64,000 bases of DNA, taken from positions 222,520,001 to 222,584,000 of the forward strand of contig NC_058368.1 of the NCBI RefSeq assembly GCF_018350175.1, read 5' to 3'. The notes beneath the pieces are model-generated. The model saw only the letters and a program-made list of their open reading frames with translations. It made no database searches and had not been told where the DNA came from. Source of the stretch: Felis catus. Its lineage: Eukaryota. Numbering within the stretch: position 1 is the stretch's first letter; every line of letters begins with the position of its first letter. The position numbers were made by a program, and so were the translations under genes. Shown here piece after piece: positions 22,947 through 35,692 of the stretch.

Positions 22947-25900
22947 GTGACTCTAAACCCATATCTTCTATAATAACACTGAATGTAAATGGACTAAATG
23001 TGCCAACCAAAAGACACAGGGTATCAGAATGGATAAAAAAAACCAAGACTCATCTATTTGCTGTCTACAAGAGACTCATTTTAGACCTGAGGACACCTTC
23101 AGATTGAGAGTGAGGGGATGGACAAATATTTATCATGCTACTGGAAGCCAAAAGAAAGCTGGAGTAGCCATACTTATATCAGAGAAACTAGACTTTAAAT
23201 TAAAGGCTGTAACAAGAGATGAAGAAGGGCATTATATAATAATTACAGGGTCTATCCATCAGGAAGAGCTAACAATTATAAATGTCTATGCACCAAATAT
23301 GGGAGCCCCCAAATATATAAAACAAACACTCACAAACATAAGCAACCTTATTGATAAGAATGTGGTCATTGCAGGGGACTTTAACACTCCACTTACAGAA
23401 ATGGATAGATCATCTAGACACATGGTCAATGAAGAAACAATGGCCCTGAATGATACATTGGATCAGAAGGACTTGACAGATGTATTTAGAAGTCTGCATC
23501 CCAAAGCAACAGAATATACTTTCTTCTCGAGTGCACATGGAACATTCTCCAAGGTAGATCATATACTGGGTCACAAAACAGCCCTTCATAAGTATACAAG
23601 AATTGAAATCATACCATGCATACTTTCAGACCACAATGCTATGAAGCTTGAAATCAGCCAAAGGAAAAAGTCTGGAAAACCTCCAAAAGCATGGGGGTTA
23701 AAGAACACCCTACTAAAGAATGAATGGGTCAACCAGGCAATTAGAGAAGAAATTAAAAAATACATGGAAACAAAGGAAAATGAAAATACAACAATCCAAA
23801 TGCTTTGGGACGCAGCGAAGGCAGTCCTGAGAGGAAAATACATTGCAATCCAGGCCTATCTCAAGAAACAAGAAAAATCCCAAATACAAAATCTAACAGC
23901 ACACCTAAAGGAACTAGAAGCAGAACAGCAAAGGCAGCCTAAAACCAGCAGAAGAAGAGAAATAATAAAGATCAGAGCAGAAATAAACAATATAGAATCT
24001 AAAAAAACTGTAGAGCAGATCAACGAAACCAAGAGTTGGTGTTTTGAAAAAATAAACAAAATTGACAAACCTCTAGCCAGGCTTTTCAAAAAGAAAAGGG
24101 AGATGACCCAAATAGATAAAAGCATGAATGAAAATGGAATTATTACAACCAATCCCTCAGAGATACAAGCAATTATCAGGGAATACTATGAAAAATTATA
24201 TGCCAACAAACTGGACAACCTGGAAGAAATGGACAAATTCCTGAACACCCACACTCTTCCAAAACTCAATCAGGAGGAAATAGAAAGCTTAAACAGACCC
24301 ATAACCAGCAAAGAAATTGAATCAGTCATCAAAAATCTCCCAACAAATAAGAGTCCAGGACCAGATGGCTTCCCAGGGGAGTTCTACCAGACGTTTAAAG
24401 CAGAGATAATGCCCATCCTTCTCAAGCTATTCCAAAAAATAGAAAGGCGAGGAAAACTTCCAGACTCATTCTATGAAGCCAGTATTACTTGGATTCCTAA
24501 ACCAGACAGAGACCCAGTAAAAAAAGAGAACTACAGCCCAATATCCCTGATGAATATGGATGCAAAAATTCTCAATAAGATACTAGCAAATAGAATTCAA
24601 CATCATATAAAAAGAATTATTCAGGGGCGCCTGGGTGGCACAGTCGGTTAAGCGTCCGACTTCAGCCAGGTCACGATCTCGCGGTCCGTGAGTTCGAGCC
24701 CCGCATCAGGCTCTGGGCTGATGGCTCAGAGCCTGGAGCCTGTTTCCCGTTCTGTGTCTCCCTCTCTCTCTGCCCCTCCCCTGTTCATGCTCTGTCTCTC
24801 TCTGTCCCAAAAATAAATTAAAAAAACGTTGAAAAAAAATTTAAAAAAAAAGAATTATTCACCATGATCAAGTGGGATTCATTCCTAGGATACAGGGCTG
24901 GTTCAACATTCACAAATCAACCAATGTGATACATCACATTAATAAAAGAAAAGATAAGAACCATATGATCCTGCCATTCAATGCAGAAAAGGCGTTTGAC
25001 AAAATTCAGTACCCTTTCTTAATAAAAACCCTCGAGAAAGTCGGGATAGAAGGAACATACTTAAACATCATAAAAACCATTTATGAAAAGCCCACAGCTA
25101 ACATCATCCTCAGTGGGGAAAAACTGAGAGCTTTTTACCTGAGATCAGGAACACAACAGGGATGTCCACTCTCACCGCTGTTGTTTAACATAGTGTTGGA
25201 AGTTCTAGCATCAGCAATCAGACAACAAAAGGAAATCAAAGTCATCAAAATTGGCAAAGATGAAGTTAAGCTTTCACTTTTTGCAGATGACATTATATTA
25301 TACGTGGAAAATCCGATAGACTCCCCAAAAGTCTGCTAGAACTGATACATGAATTTAGCAAAGTTACAGGATACAAAATCAATGTGCAGAAATCAGTTGC
25401 ATTCTTATACACTAACAATGAAGCAACAGAAAGACAAATGAAGAAACTGATCCCATTCCCAATTGCACCAAGAAGCATAAAATACCTAGGAATAAATCTA
25501 ACCAAAGATGTAAAAGATCTGTATGCTGAAAAGTATAGAAAGCTTATGAAGGAAATTGAAGAAGATATAAAGAAATGGAAAGACATTCCGTGCTCATGGA
25601 TTGGAAGAATAAATATTGTCAAAATGTCAATACTACCCAAAGCTATCCACACATTCAATGCAATCCCAATCAAAATTGCACCAGCATTCTTCTCGAAACT
25701 AGAACAAGCAATCCTAAAATTCATATGGAACCACAAAAGGCCCCGAATAGCCAAAGTATTTTGAGGAAGACCAAAGCAGGAGGCATCACAATCCCAGATT
25801 TTAGCCTCTACTACAAAGCTGTCATCATCAAGACAGCATGGTATTGGCACAAAAACAGACACACAGACCAATGGAATAGAATAGAATCCCCAGAACTAGA

Positions 25901-26993
25901 CCCACAAACGTATGGCCAACTCATCTTTGACAAAGCAGGAAAGAATACCCAATGGAAAAAAGACAGTCTCTTTAACAAATGGTGCTGGGAGAACTGGACA
26001 GCAACATGCAGAAGATTGAAACTAGACCACTTCCTCACACCATTCACAAAAATAAACTCAAAATGGGTAAAGGACCTGAATGTGAGACAGGAAACCATCA
26101 AAACCCTAGTGGAGAAAGCAGGAAAAGACCTCTCTGACCTCAGCCGCAGCAATGTCTTACTTGACACATCCCCAAAGGCAAGGGAATTAAAAGGAAAAAG
26201 GAACTACTGGGAACTTATGAAGCTAAAACGCTTCTGCACAGCAAAGGAAACCACCAACAAAACTAAAAGGCAACCAACGGAATGGGAAAAGATATTTGCA
26301 AATGACATATCGGACAAAGGGCTAGTATCCAAAATCTATAAAGAGCTCACCAAACTCTACACCCGAAAAACAAATAACCCAGTGAAGAAATGAACAGAAC
26401 ACATGAATAGACACTTCTCTAAAGAAGACATCCAGATGGCCAACAGGCACATGAAAAGATGCTCAACGTCGCTCCTTATCAGGGAAACCACACTCAGATA
26501 TCACCTCACGCCAGTCAAAGTGGCCAAAATGAACAAATCAGGAGACTATAGATCCTAGAGAGGATGTGGAGAAACGGGAACCCTCTTGCACTGTTGGTGG
26601 GAATGCAAATTGGTGCAGCCGCTCTGGAAAACAGTGTGGAGGTTCCTCAGAAAATTAAAAATAGACCTACCCTATGACCCAGCATTAGCACTGCTAGGAA
26701 TTTACCCAAGGGATACAGGAGTAGTGATGCATAGGGGCACTTGTACCCCAATGTTTATAGCAGCACTCTCAACAATAGCCAAATTATGGAAAGAGCCTAA
26801 ATGTCCATCATCTAAGGAATGCATGAAAAAAATGTGGTTTATATACACAATGGAGTACTACATGGCAATGAGAAAGAATGAAATATGGCCCTTTGTAGCA
26901 ACATGGATGGAACTGGTGAGTGTAATGCTAAGTGAAATAAGCCATACAGAGAAAGACAGAGAGCATACGTTTTCACTCTTATGTGGATCCTGA
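22947..26993 (+). pseudogene. L1 ORF2p (endonuclease / reverse transcriptase), disrupted
   Basis: CLQETH, GDFNT, SDHNA (EN); [15 protein letters not shown] (RT); HCWWEC (C-terminus). Start reads GTG; SINE insertion at 24624; frameshifts near 25325 and 25760; stop at 26391-26393. Confidence 0.96.
24624..24846 (+). mobile_element. Young Can-SINE inserted in L1 ORF2
   Basis: CpG-retaining head GGGGCGCCTGGGTGGCACAGTCGGTTAAGCGTCCG; perfect 15-bp TSD aaaaagaattattca (24609-24623 / 24847-24861). Confidence 0.99.
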
Positions 26994-27296
26994 GAATCTT
27001 AACAGAAACCATGGGGGAGGGGAAGGAAAAAAAAAGGGGGTTAGAGTGGAAGAGAGCCAAAGCATAAGAGACTCTTAAAAACTGAGAACAAACTGAGGGT
27101 TGATGGGGGGTGGGAGGGAGGGGAGGGTGGGGGATGGGTATTGAGGAGGGCACCTTTTGGGATGAGCACTGGGTGTTGTATGGAAACCAATTTGACAATA
27201 ATCTTCATATATTGAAAAAAAATCTTTTAGTTTTTTATTGAGATATAATTGTCACAGATCATTGTCAACTGTCAAAATAAATAAATATAATCTTAA

Positions 27297-27489
27297 TTTT
27301 TTTAGTGTTTATTTTTTAGAGGGAGGAGGGGAGGGGCAGAGAGAGAGAGAGAGTGAGGGAGACAGAGGATCCAAACGTGGCTCTGCACTGACAACAGAGA
27401 GTCCAAGGAGGGGCTCAAACTCATGAACCTCAAGATCATATCCTGAGCCAAAGCCAGATGATTAACCACCTGAGCCACCCAGGCACCCC
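27297..27489 (-). mobile_element. Can-SINE
   Basis: Ends in gagccacccaggcacccc. Confidence 0.95.
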
Positions 27490-27609
27490 AGTCTTCACTT
27501 TTAAGATGTGAGAAAATGTGAAAGGCGTTTGTTTTTCTCTCGGGATTTTCAAGAAACAGGGAACATAGTAGAGCAGTACTGAATTCACCAACACTAAAAT
27601 AAACAAATC

Positions 27610-27950
27610 TCAATCCTTCCTTTAGCTTCCCTTCTGAATGCCTGTGAATCCTTTGTCTCCACCTCCCTCCAGCCTAGACCTTCATAATTCATTTACCAAT
27701 CTGACTGTCCTGAAAGTTCCTAACCGGTCTCTGAAAAGACTCCTGGGCTCCCAAACCTAGTTGTTGTATTTCATGATTTTTGATCCTTTGAATAACACAT
27801 CCACATAGGTAATATCTTTCCTATTTTAGAGATGCAGACTAACGTCTCAAAAGTCTCAGAAATGTATATGATCCAACTCATAACATACAACAAAGCATTA
27901 GAATTGATGTAATTTTCTTAGTTCAACGTTTAAATGTTTTCCACAAATCC
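27610..27950. mobile_element. L2 and MIR fragments
   Basis: ctccagcctagacc..cctaaccggtctc (L2-like); cctattttagagatgcagact (MIR core-like). Confidence 0.4.
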
Positions 27951-28599
27951 TTCCCCATTTCATATAATTTCTGCTGTTATTGATGAAATTTTTGATAAGG
28001 AAGTATCTCACAGAAATATAGACTTTGTGGATTCAGGTACAACATTTTTGACTGCACATCTGAACTGTGAAATCAGCTATTCGTATTGAATAATGAAAAC
28101 GTCATTTGGTGTAAATAATATAAGGGAGCAATGGTAGTAGTTTTCTCTTAAGTATAGAATTTTTGCCAATTATTATGAAATTCTTCCTTCCTCTATTGTG
28201 AAACAGTTACCATATGCCATTGAAATGTGCTAATTATTGTCATTTTTAAGCCTATTTTGGAAGTGGAAAAGGTAACATTTTTTTTTCCCTTTCTAACTCA
28301 TCACAACATATTGAAACTGGGATGAGTAAGAACAAATGTTTGTTTGTTTGTTTATTCAAACACTTAAAATGCTCCTAAAGGTCCCCTTTCCATGAAGGTC
28401 ATAGTCTAGTGGGCAATACTCACTCATTTTTCTCGCTGCTCATTGGATTAAATAAATGCTTTCTCTTTGTCCTTGTCTCAAAATGTTAACTCTGTTTACA
28501 ACTTTCAATAGGAACCAGTTTTCAGTTATATCAATCAGGCACTAGCATTTTGTGGCCATTGATATTTCACTCCATCTCTTTGGTCCATTTTTACCTGGA

Positions 28600-28922
28600 T
28601 CACTAGAGCAGGGGAGTAGTGGAGAACAACTTCCGGGTACAAACTTGAGTATCTGTACTTTTAAAAATCTTGCCAGGCCTGGGACACATGGTGGCTCAGT
28701 TGGTTGAGTGTCAGACTCTTGATTTCGGCTCAGGTCATGATCTCATGGGTTTTGAGTTCGAGCCTGCATCAGGCTCTGTGCTGACAGCGAGGAGCCCACT
28801 CTGCATCCTGTGTCCCTCTCTCTCTGCCCCTTCCACGCTTGCTCTCTACCTCTCTCTCTCAAAAATAAACTTAAAAAAAATATCTTGCCTGGATACTCTG
28901 ATTGGCAGTTGAGAACCACTGG
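28600..28922. mobile_element. MER5-like hAT relic hosting a SINE
   Basis: atctgtacttttaaaaa..[SINE]..ttgagaaccactg terminus. Confidence 0.5.
28680..28878 (+). mobile_element. Can-SINE
   Basis: Head and body; TSD ~atcttgccagg/atcttgcctgg. Confidence 0.95.
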
Positions 28923-30554
28923 TATGTAATGGGAGCAATGCTCATCAATGTAAACGAACATTCTGTAATTGTCTATCACCTGGCACATGGGTATAACCAT
29001 GAAGTTCCTGGTTATCATATATAGCTGTCAGCGGCTGCCTTTATCTACCTAATACAGATATCATGAGAATTATTGGAAGTGCTTGTGAAGTTACCATTAG
29101 AGCATTTCTTTAAAACTACAACAGATAGCTTGGCTATAACCATCGAGATAAAAACTCCAAAAAAAGTAAAGACAAATTATGGCTTGGCCTTATAATAGGC
29201 TCTATAATAACAAGGGATTGATTCTGCATGTACATGGTATAAGGGAACAGGAAATGAGAATGTAAAACAGGCACTCTTTGAGGCAGTTTTTAAAGAATTA
29301 CACAATCTCTCTGTAGGTATTACTCTGCTTCTGGAGGATAAATAACCCGCAAATAATCCTTATCCCAAACCATAGTGCCAAGCATTTTTTGACCTTCACA
29401 TCAGCTCTAAAGTGAATAGCAAATTGGCTTACATGGCTGGGCATATTTATAGTAGTATTTTATTTTAACTACACTGATAACACCTGTTTACTCAGACATG
29501 ATTTTAAAATCAGAGTATCTGTGGAAGGCTTAATACAAATCCTTTTAAGAATTCTATTGACAGAATTTCCCAGTGGAAAAGTTAGTTCAAAAATAACAAG
29601 TCAGCAGAGGAGTAACTACATCACTATGCCTGGATTGGAAAAGGGAGAGAAAGATTCTGAATTATTCATAGGAAGAATGTAAAAAAAAATCTCCAAAAAA
29701 AATTTTAAACATAAGAAAGTGGTAGGTTTTCATTTAATTATCAAATCATTAAGGAAGCTACAAATCTTGATTCTGTATTTTCAGATTGATATGGTACAGT
29801 GAGCTAAAATATTAAATTATAATAACAAATATAGCTCCTAAGTGACCATTAAAAAGAGGTAAAATTAGAATTGAGTAGACATATATACTTAACTACTGTT
29901 AAATATATGATAGAAGAATCAAACAAATTTAAGTTACGCTTTGCCTTTTGACATTATAAAAAAAAAAAAGAAAACGTTTACATTCCTGTAGTAATTTGAA
30001 TTGTTCCCCAAGGTTATCATGGCTCTCCATCTGCTTATTGTGATAGTTTTATTGTACCATAAGGAATTTGATTTCTTCAAATCTTACATGATTATAATAC
30101 TCCTACCTAATAAATCTGAAGAATAAATTTTAGCATTTATATGGTGATCAATTTTTTAATCACTCTTTACTCTCCAATGGAGAAAAAAGGCTGATCAATG
30201 CAGTTACACATATAATACCATATATTCAATTGATCATTCTCCCACCTTGGATGTAATTATCATTTGAATGAAGGATATATGATAAATTTTAAAGACTTAT
30301 GGAAACCTAAGTACTTTGTTCACACTTAGAATTAATTGGATTCTAATTCCTAATATCAGTTTAACATAAAAATTTCACATTCCGATGTTACTATAAATTG
30401 TATGTTGTGTAGGAAAGTGCTTGATAATAAATAGCAAAAGCAAAACAGTTAATAAAGTTGGTGAAGAAGGGATGAGAGAGGACAAAAACTATGATACTAC
30501 CTGATCTCATCATTTTTAACATCATTTTTTCTCTGACTGCTCGAGTAAAGTAGT

Positions 30555-30682
30555 CTTTACTACTTTACTATAATTTACTTTTTACTTTAGTTTACTTTTT
30601 ACTTTAGTTTACTTTTTACTTTACTTTACTTTACTTTACTTTACTTTACTTTACTTTACTTTACTTTACTTTACTACTTTAC
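30555..30682. repeat. (TTTAC)n pentanucleotide repeat
   Basis: Direct reading; degenerate at the left end. Confidence 0.95.
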
Positions 30683-30689
30683 TCATGAG

Positions 30690-30815
30690 CCTAGGAAACT
30701 CATTCTGTGAGTCAGCTCTGGATAAGGTAGTTAAATGATTTGTTTATAGTCATAATTTCAGAAAGTGGCAAGTTTGGATTTTCAATTCCCTTTCCAAACC
30801 TCTTTTTGCTACAAT
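30690..30815 (-). mobile_element. MIR fragment
   Basis: ggtagttaaatgatttgtttatagtcata..agaaagtggca. Confidence 0.5.
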
Positions 30816-31242
30816 CTCATTGTCGTATTCACATAAAAAATGTCAGCGTTTGACCGTATTAGTACACTATGTTTTTAACCACCAGAATGAGTTAGATTTA
30901 TCATAGACAATGATTTCATGCCCAGGGATAGGATTTTTCTCATATTTTATGTAGAAGTTTTCTTTCTTGGATCATTGGATTATACCCTTTGGAATTTCCT
31001 ATTTGCCCGTGGCAAAGGTGTGCATACTCCCGACGACTGCTGGCTGAGCTTCCTATTTCATAGCTGCCAAAACCATATATAGTGTGTGGCTACCATGTTG
31101 AAACAAACACACCCACTTTTCCTAACCATGGTTAAACTATTAATATTTATGACTTTACTCTTCTAGAAAATATAGTATTTTTAAATATTATTGGGAAAGA
31201 TCTTATTGTGAATCTGTAATTAATATTACTGACATTGCACAC

Positions 31243-31741
31243 AGTGGTAGACAGAAGGATGACTCCCCAAAATTTCTGTACTGATATCCCTAGAATCTGT
31301 GAATATATTACCTGACATGTCCGCAGGGACTCTGTAGATATGATTGAATACCTTGAGATGGGGAAATTATCCTGGATTATTCAGGTGGGCACAGTCTAAT
31401 CACCCAGATCTTCTAAAGCAGAGATTCTCTCCTGACTGTGGTCAGAAAGGGAGATGTGACCATGGAGAATGGTCAGACACGTGCAACTTTGTTGGCTTTC
31501 GTGGAGGAAGGGAGTCAAGAGCTAAGGAATGAAGGTAGTCTCCTGAAGCTGGAAAAGTTGGAGTAGTAAATTTTCCTTTATAGACTCCAAAGAGAAATAC
31601 AGCTTTGCCAATACCTCAATTTGAGCCCAGTGAGACCCAGATCAGTCTTCAAACTTCTAGAACTGTGAGATAATAAATTTGTGTTATCTTAGCTGCCATG
31701 TTTGTGGAATTTATTACTGCAGCAATGAAAATGCATATGTC
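31243..31741 (+). mobile_element. MLT1D/E-like solo LTR
   Basis: gtggtagacagaa..gaatctgtgaatatattacc..ttgagatggggaaattatcctggattat..agaactgtgagataataaatttgtgtt. Confidence 0.88.
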
Positions 31742-33739
31742 AAATACTTAGCTATTTAAAGTTATTTCTAATTCACTTTCCAATTGCCTTTCTAATTCTA
31801 ATTGCCTTTCAGAATCCAGATGCCCAATGGATTTTATCATCAACACCCTCTCCACCTCCTTTGGTTGTGATAAAACAAGGTATGGGACCTAATCTATTTA
31901 AGAATCAACTCAATCTGGGCAAAGCCTATTTTTTGTCATTCAGGCAAGGTCTATTTTGAAATATAATGTGAGTTCTTTGACTTTTTTTTTAACTATATAA
32001 ATCTTGCCCTCATGAAATTTGTATCAATATTAAGAAAAAGTATGTTTTCTGTAAAGCTGAATTTTTTGCACAAATTTACACCCTTAAATATAATGACTAT
32101 TATATAGTTTTCTGGAAGCAATACAAGTTCTCACAAAAGAATTTATTTTGAGATGATAACTAAGTGACTACACATGCAAATAGTGAGAAAACACTATACC
32201 TGAATTTCCTGCAATATCCTTCATGAAAATGTCAATGTAAATTATCCTGACACATTCAAAGAATAATTGATTTCATCTGAAAATTTCTTGGGCTTCTCTA
32301 AAATAAAAAAAGTATGTGTATGAATTATTACATTCCTAGATTTTACACACAAGCAAGCAAGAGTTTATTATGAATGTTCACCTCTAAATACTGTCCTATA
32401 GAAGAAATAAGTGAAGAGATTGGGAATTAAAATAAATATATATGCACACCCACACCTGTGTATATTGATAAAGATATGGCTATGCATAATATATACGTAA
32501 CTTATAAACATGAATTTTATTAATCATACTTTACACATGTTCTTGATAACCCCAACCAAGTCATTCTGTGTTTTCTGTATCTCCTCAAAATTGTTGTTTT
32601 GTTGGTTTGAGTATTAAAGAACTGTATATTTCAGTTTGAAGTTATCAAACTAGTGGCTACTATCTGACAATTTCTGTTAAAGAATTTCCAAACATTAGAA
32701 TGTCACAATCAATAATCAATGATATTTAATATTTATGAATGACTAATATCAAAACAGCTATTTTATAATAAAAATATTTAGAAACTTATACAGAGACCGG
32801 CAACTCATTCATGAAGAATGAGATTTGTTTCTCTCAAGAAACCAAGTTTAATGTCCTCATTTTAATTCTAATGTCCTCATTTTTATGAAATTTTACAAAT
32901 AACAGATTTGTTATATGCAAATAAGTGATTGAAATAACATGACAAACTCATAATGACCTCTAAAAATTATGACAAGCTGCAAACAAGAATACTCATTAAA
33001 GAGCTTGTACAATTAATTTTGTAAAAATGTTCCAAACACAATTTGGCAGAAGAAAGAGGTAAGGATTCCAAGGATAATTTATGGTATTCATTTAAACTTG
33101 TATTTTGTCCAATTAAAGTCCAGTAATGAAATTTCGAAAATTTAACTTCTGATTTTTTTTTTCTATTTTATTACTTAATTCTGGTCCTTAAAAATAACAC
33201 TGAGAAATTTGGGAACTTGCCAGGTAATATGCTGTGATAAGCAAAAATATAGGGATTCATCTCTGTACTTTTCTGTGTAAACAACCAAGTCAATGAAGAT
33301 ATATAAAAATTTTTATAATTTAAATATTAAACATTTAGAGACTTAAGTAAAAAATGAAACAATAAAACACAAGTATCAATGTAGAAACAGTGCCCGAGTT
33401 CTCTAGGAGAGATGGACAATAACACACTCGGGAATATACTATGAAGCAACATGAGTAAGCCATCTAAACAAAAGATCATTGTTATGAATGAAAGTAAGCG
33501 TCATAAGGTTAGTCCCTACCTTTGGATAGAAAAAGCTAATGTAAATAAGGGAGGTGGAATAGAGAAAGAGTTCAGAGTTCATTAGGTAGGTATGAGTTTT
33601 CTTTAAAGCCATATATCCATTTTCATTAATGTGGTTTCTTCTTTCTACCTCTTCAGTATAGAATGTCAACTTAACTTTGGATTGGTTTTCCCTACACGGT
33701 ACAACCTGAGATGGCTTGAGACATGAATGCTGAGTTGTT

Positions 33740-33775
33740 TTTTTGTTTGTTTGTTTGTTTGTTTGTTTGTTTTTT
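33740..33775. repeat. (TTTG)n
   Basis: Direct reading. Confidence 0.9.
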
Positions 33776-34729
33776 GTATTGTACATTACAAATATTAGGA
33801 GGTAGGCTGAGAATCTGTTGTCAGAAAGATGGTCACTGATATTACATAGAAAGAATCATAGGGGATATTTTCCACCCGAATTTGACAATAAAGGGACACT
33901 TCCTTAAAAAGCATCAAATATAAATGCCATTATTTTCCTCAGTGTTTGGTGACAATGTCTCAGCACGAGTTTAAAGACAACAGTGTTTCAGGTTTTGGAG
34001 AGAACTGCCCAGTGAAACAAACAGGCAAAATACTTGCCGTGTTTAACTAATTCAACCAGTAGCTAAAGCATGGCAGAACATAGGGCAGAAAAGAAAAATC
34101 TCTCCAAATTTACCAGGCAAAGATTCTGCAAGTGTCCAAAAGGGCTTAAAATGAAAATCAGCCTACATGTTGCTGATCATAAAACAGTGACTGTGGATAA
34201 GAAAACACAGGGTGCTCACGAAGGAAAGAAACCAGGCTGGACTGAGATAGACCATTGTCTTTGCACCAATGACAAGGCATCCCTATTATGTTTTAAAATT
34301 AAAAGTAGTAGTTGTAATTGGATACATTCATTCTATGAATGTCTATGGAGATTTGCATTTCCGCTGCAATTTCTCTGTTTTTCAATTTACTTTCTTTTCA
34401 TCAGGACTGATTCTTGTTTAATAAAAGTAATAGTTTTTTAGAAATGGCTAGTTTGACCATCGTAAGTATTTTTCCTCAAGCTATTTCCCCATGCCTTGGC
34501 TATTCCCAGTCTCTGCTTCTAGAACACTACTCATCATAATCTAACTTTTCCCTCTTCTCTAGAGCCCTGCCTCATCTAATTCATACAATCTTTTCCCTCA
34601 AGTCTTCAACTTATGTACAGATTATGCCTCATGTTTCAAGTTAAAGGTATCATCTTAATTCATCTTTTAGCTTCTGTCCCTCCTACAGACTGCTACCTCT
34701 CTCTTATACCTACATCCAAGTTACCTAGA

Positions 34730-34825
34730 ATTCAGTAAGTTATTCAACAAATGTACTCTTTTCCAGGCATTGTTTTAAGGCAAAATGATACCGCTCTGAA
34801 CATAACAAAATCCCTGTTCATTGTA
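34730..34825 (-). mobile_element. L2 3' end fragment
   Basis: attcaacaaat..ccaggcattgttttaagg..gaacataacaaaatccctg. Confidence 0.6.
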
Positions 34826-35658
34826 TTGGCAATCAGGGTTCTGATTAGTTCACCAAAAGACTGTCATTCCACTTATGCAGAAGTCTCTTGCCAAACTACT
34901 CAATATCCAGCCAGTAAGTTAGTGGTCCCTTGGATCAAGTACACAGGTTTAACTAACCAACTTTGGGCAGAGTACCAGGATTTTGTCCTCAGCTTTTCTC
35001 AATAGGGAATATGAATGCAGCACAGACAAAAACACTATCTCCTATTCCCAAAATAATTGACTTAATAATAAACAGAAGCTTCTAGTAAAATATAAAATAG
35101 TGATTGGTTTTAGAAGTAATAGACCTATATGTTATTTTCTCTTAATTTGATTTTTAAAATTTATCTTATTTGCTTTAGTTTGGTTTAACTCAATATCCTC
35201 CTTAAATGGATATAAAACCAAATTCATTTTGCCTATGTGGACAGGGGATATGAAATGATATTTTCAGATATATCCAAATATTCAGCCTTCAAATAAAACA
35301 AAATTCTTCAGAAATAAGAGTGTTCTCTCCTCTATAACTCTGTTGAGACATTGCTGCATTCTAAATAGGAGAAAAAGTCCATATAAATATTTGATGCAAA
35401 TATCATTTTATACATTGGAATTCTATAAACAGTGTTTATATTTTCCTTTCAAGGCTTTTATTTTTAATATTCTGTAAAGCACATTTTAAGCATTATGAAT
35501 TATAAATTTGGTGCCATTAGTGATCTGGTAGTGATAATACTATATTTTACCTATAATAAAATTATATATAATAAATTGTATACATTTATAGAATATATAA
35601 ATAAGATAGAAATAGAATTTACATATACATATATATTCTCATATACGCATACATAAAT

Positions 35659-35661
<3 letters not shown>

Positions 35662-35690
<29 letters not shown>
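35662..35690. repeat. (CA)n microsatellite
   Basis: Direct reading. Confidence 0.95.

Positions 35691-35692
<2 letters not shown>

Larger units (their letters stand above)
21071..27222 (+). mobile_element. Near full-length felid LINE-1 (L1_Fc-like), inactivated
   Basis: CpG-rich 5'UTR, ORF1, ORF2 with EN/RT/C-terminal motifs, G-rich 3'UTR, A tail; TTT/AAAA endonuclease site at 21055/21056. Confidence 0.98.

Noticed and set aside
23586..26167. Several hydrophobic antisense ORFs
   Set aside because: Typical stop-poor shadow of A-rich L1 ORF2
30555..30682. Regular repeat array considered as CRISPR-like
   Set aside because: Simple STR with no unique spacers; mammalian DNA
32849..32885. Short tandem duplications (also 31767-31810)
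   Set aside because: Ordinary slippage products
33394..33433. 7-bp inverted repeat cccgagt/actcggg
   Set aside because: Too short to exceed chance
34070..34441. 123-aa ATG ORF in unique sequence
   Set aside because: No recognisable domain or convincing splice boundaries; this length is attainable by chance in 64 kb
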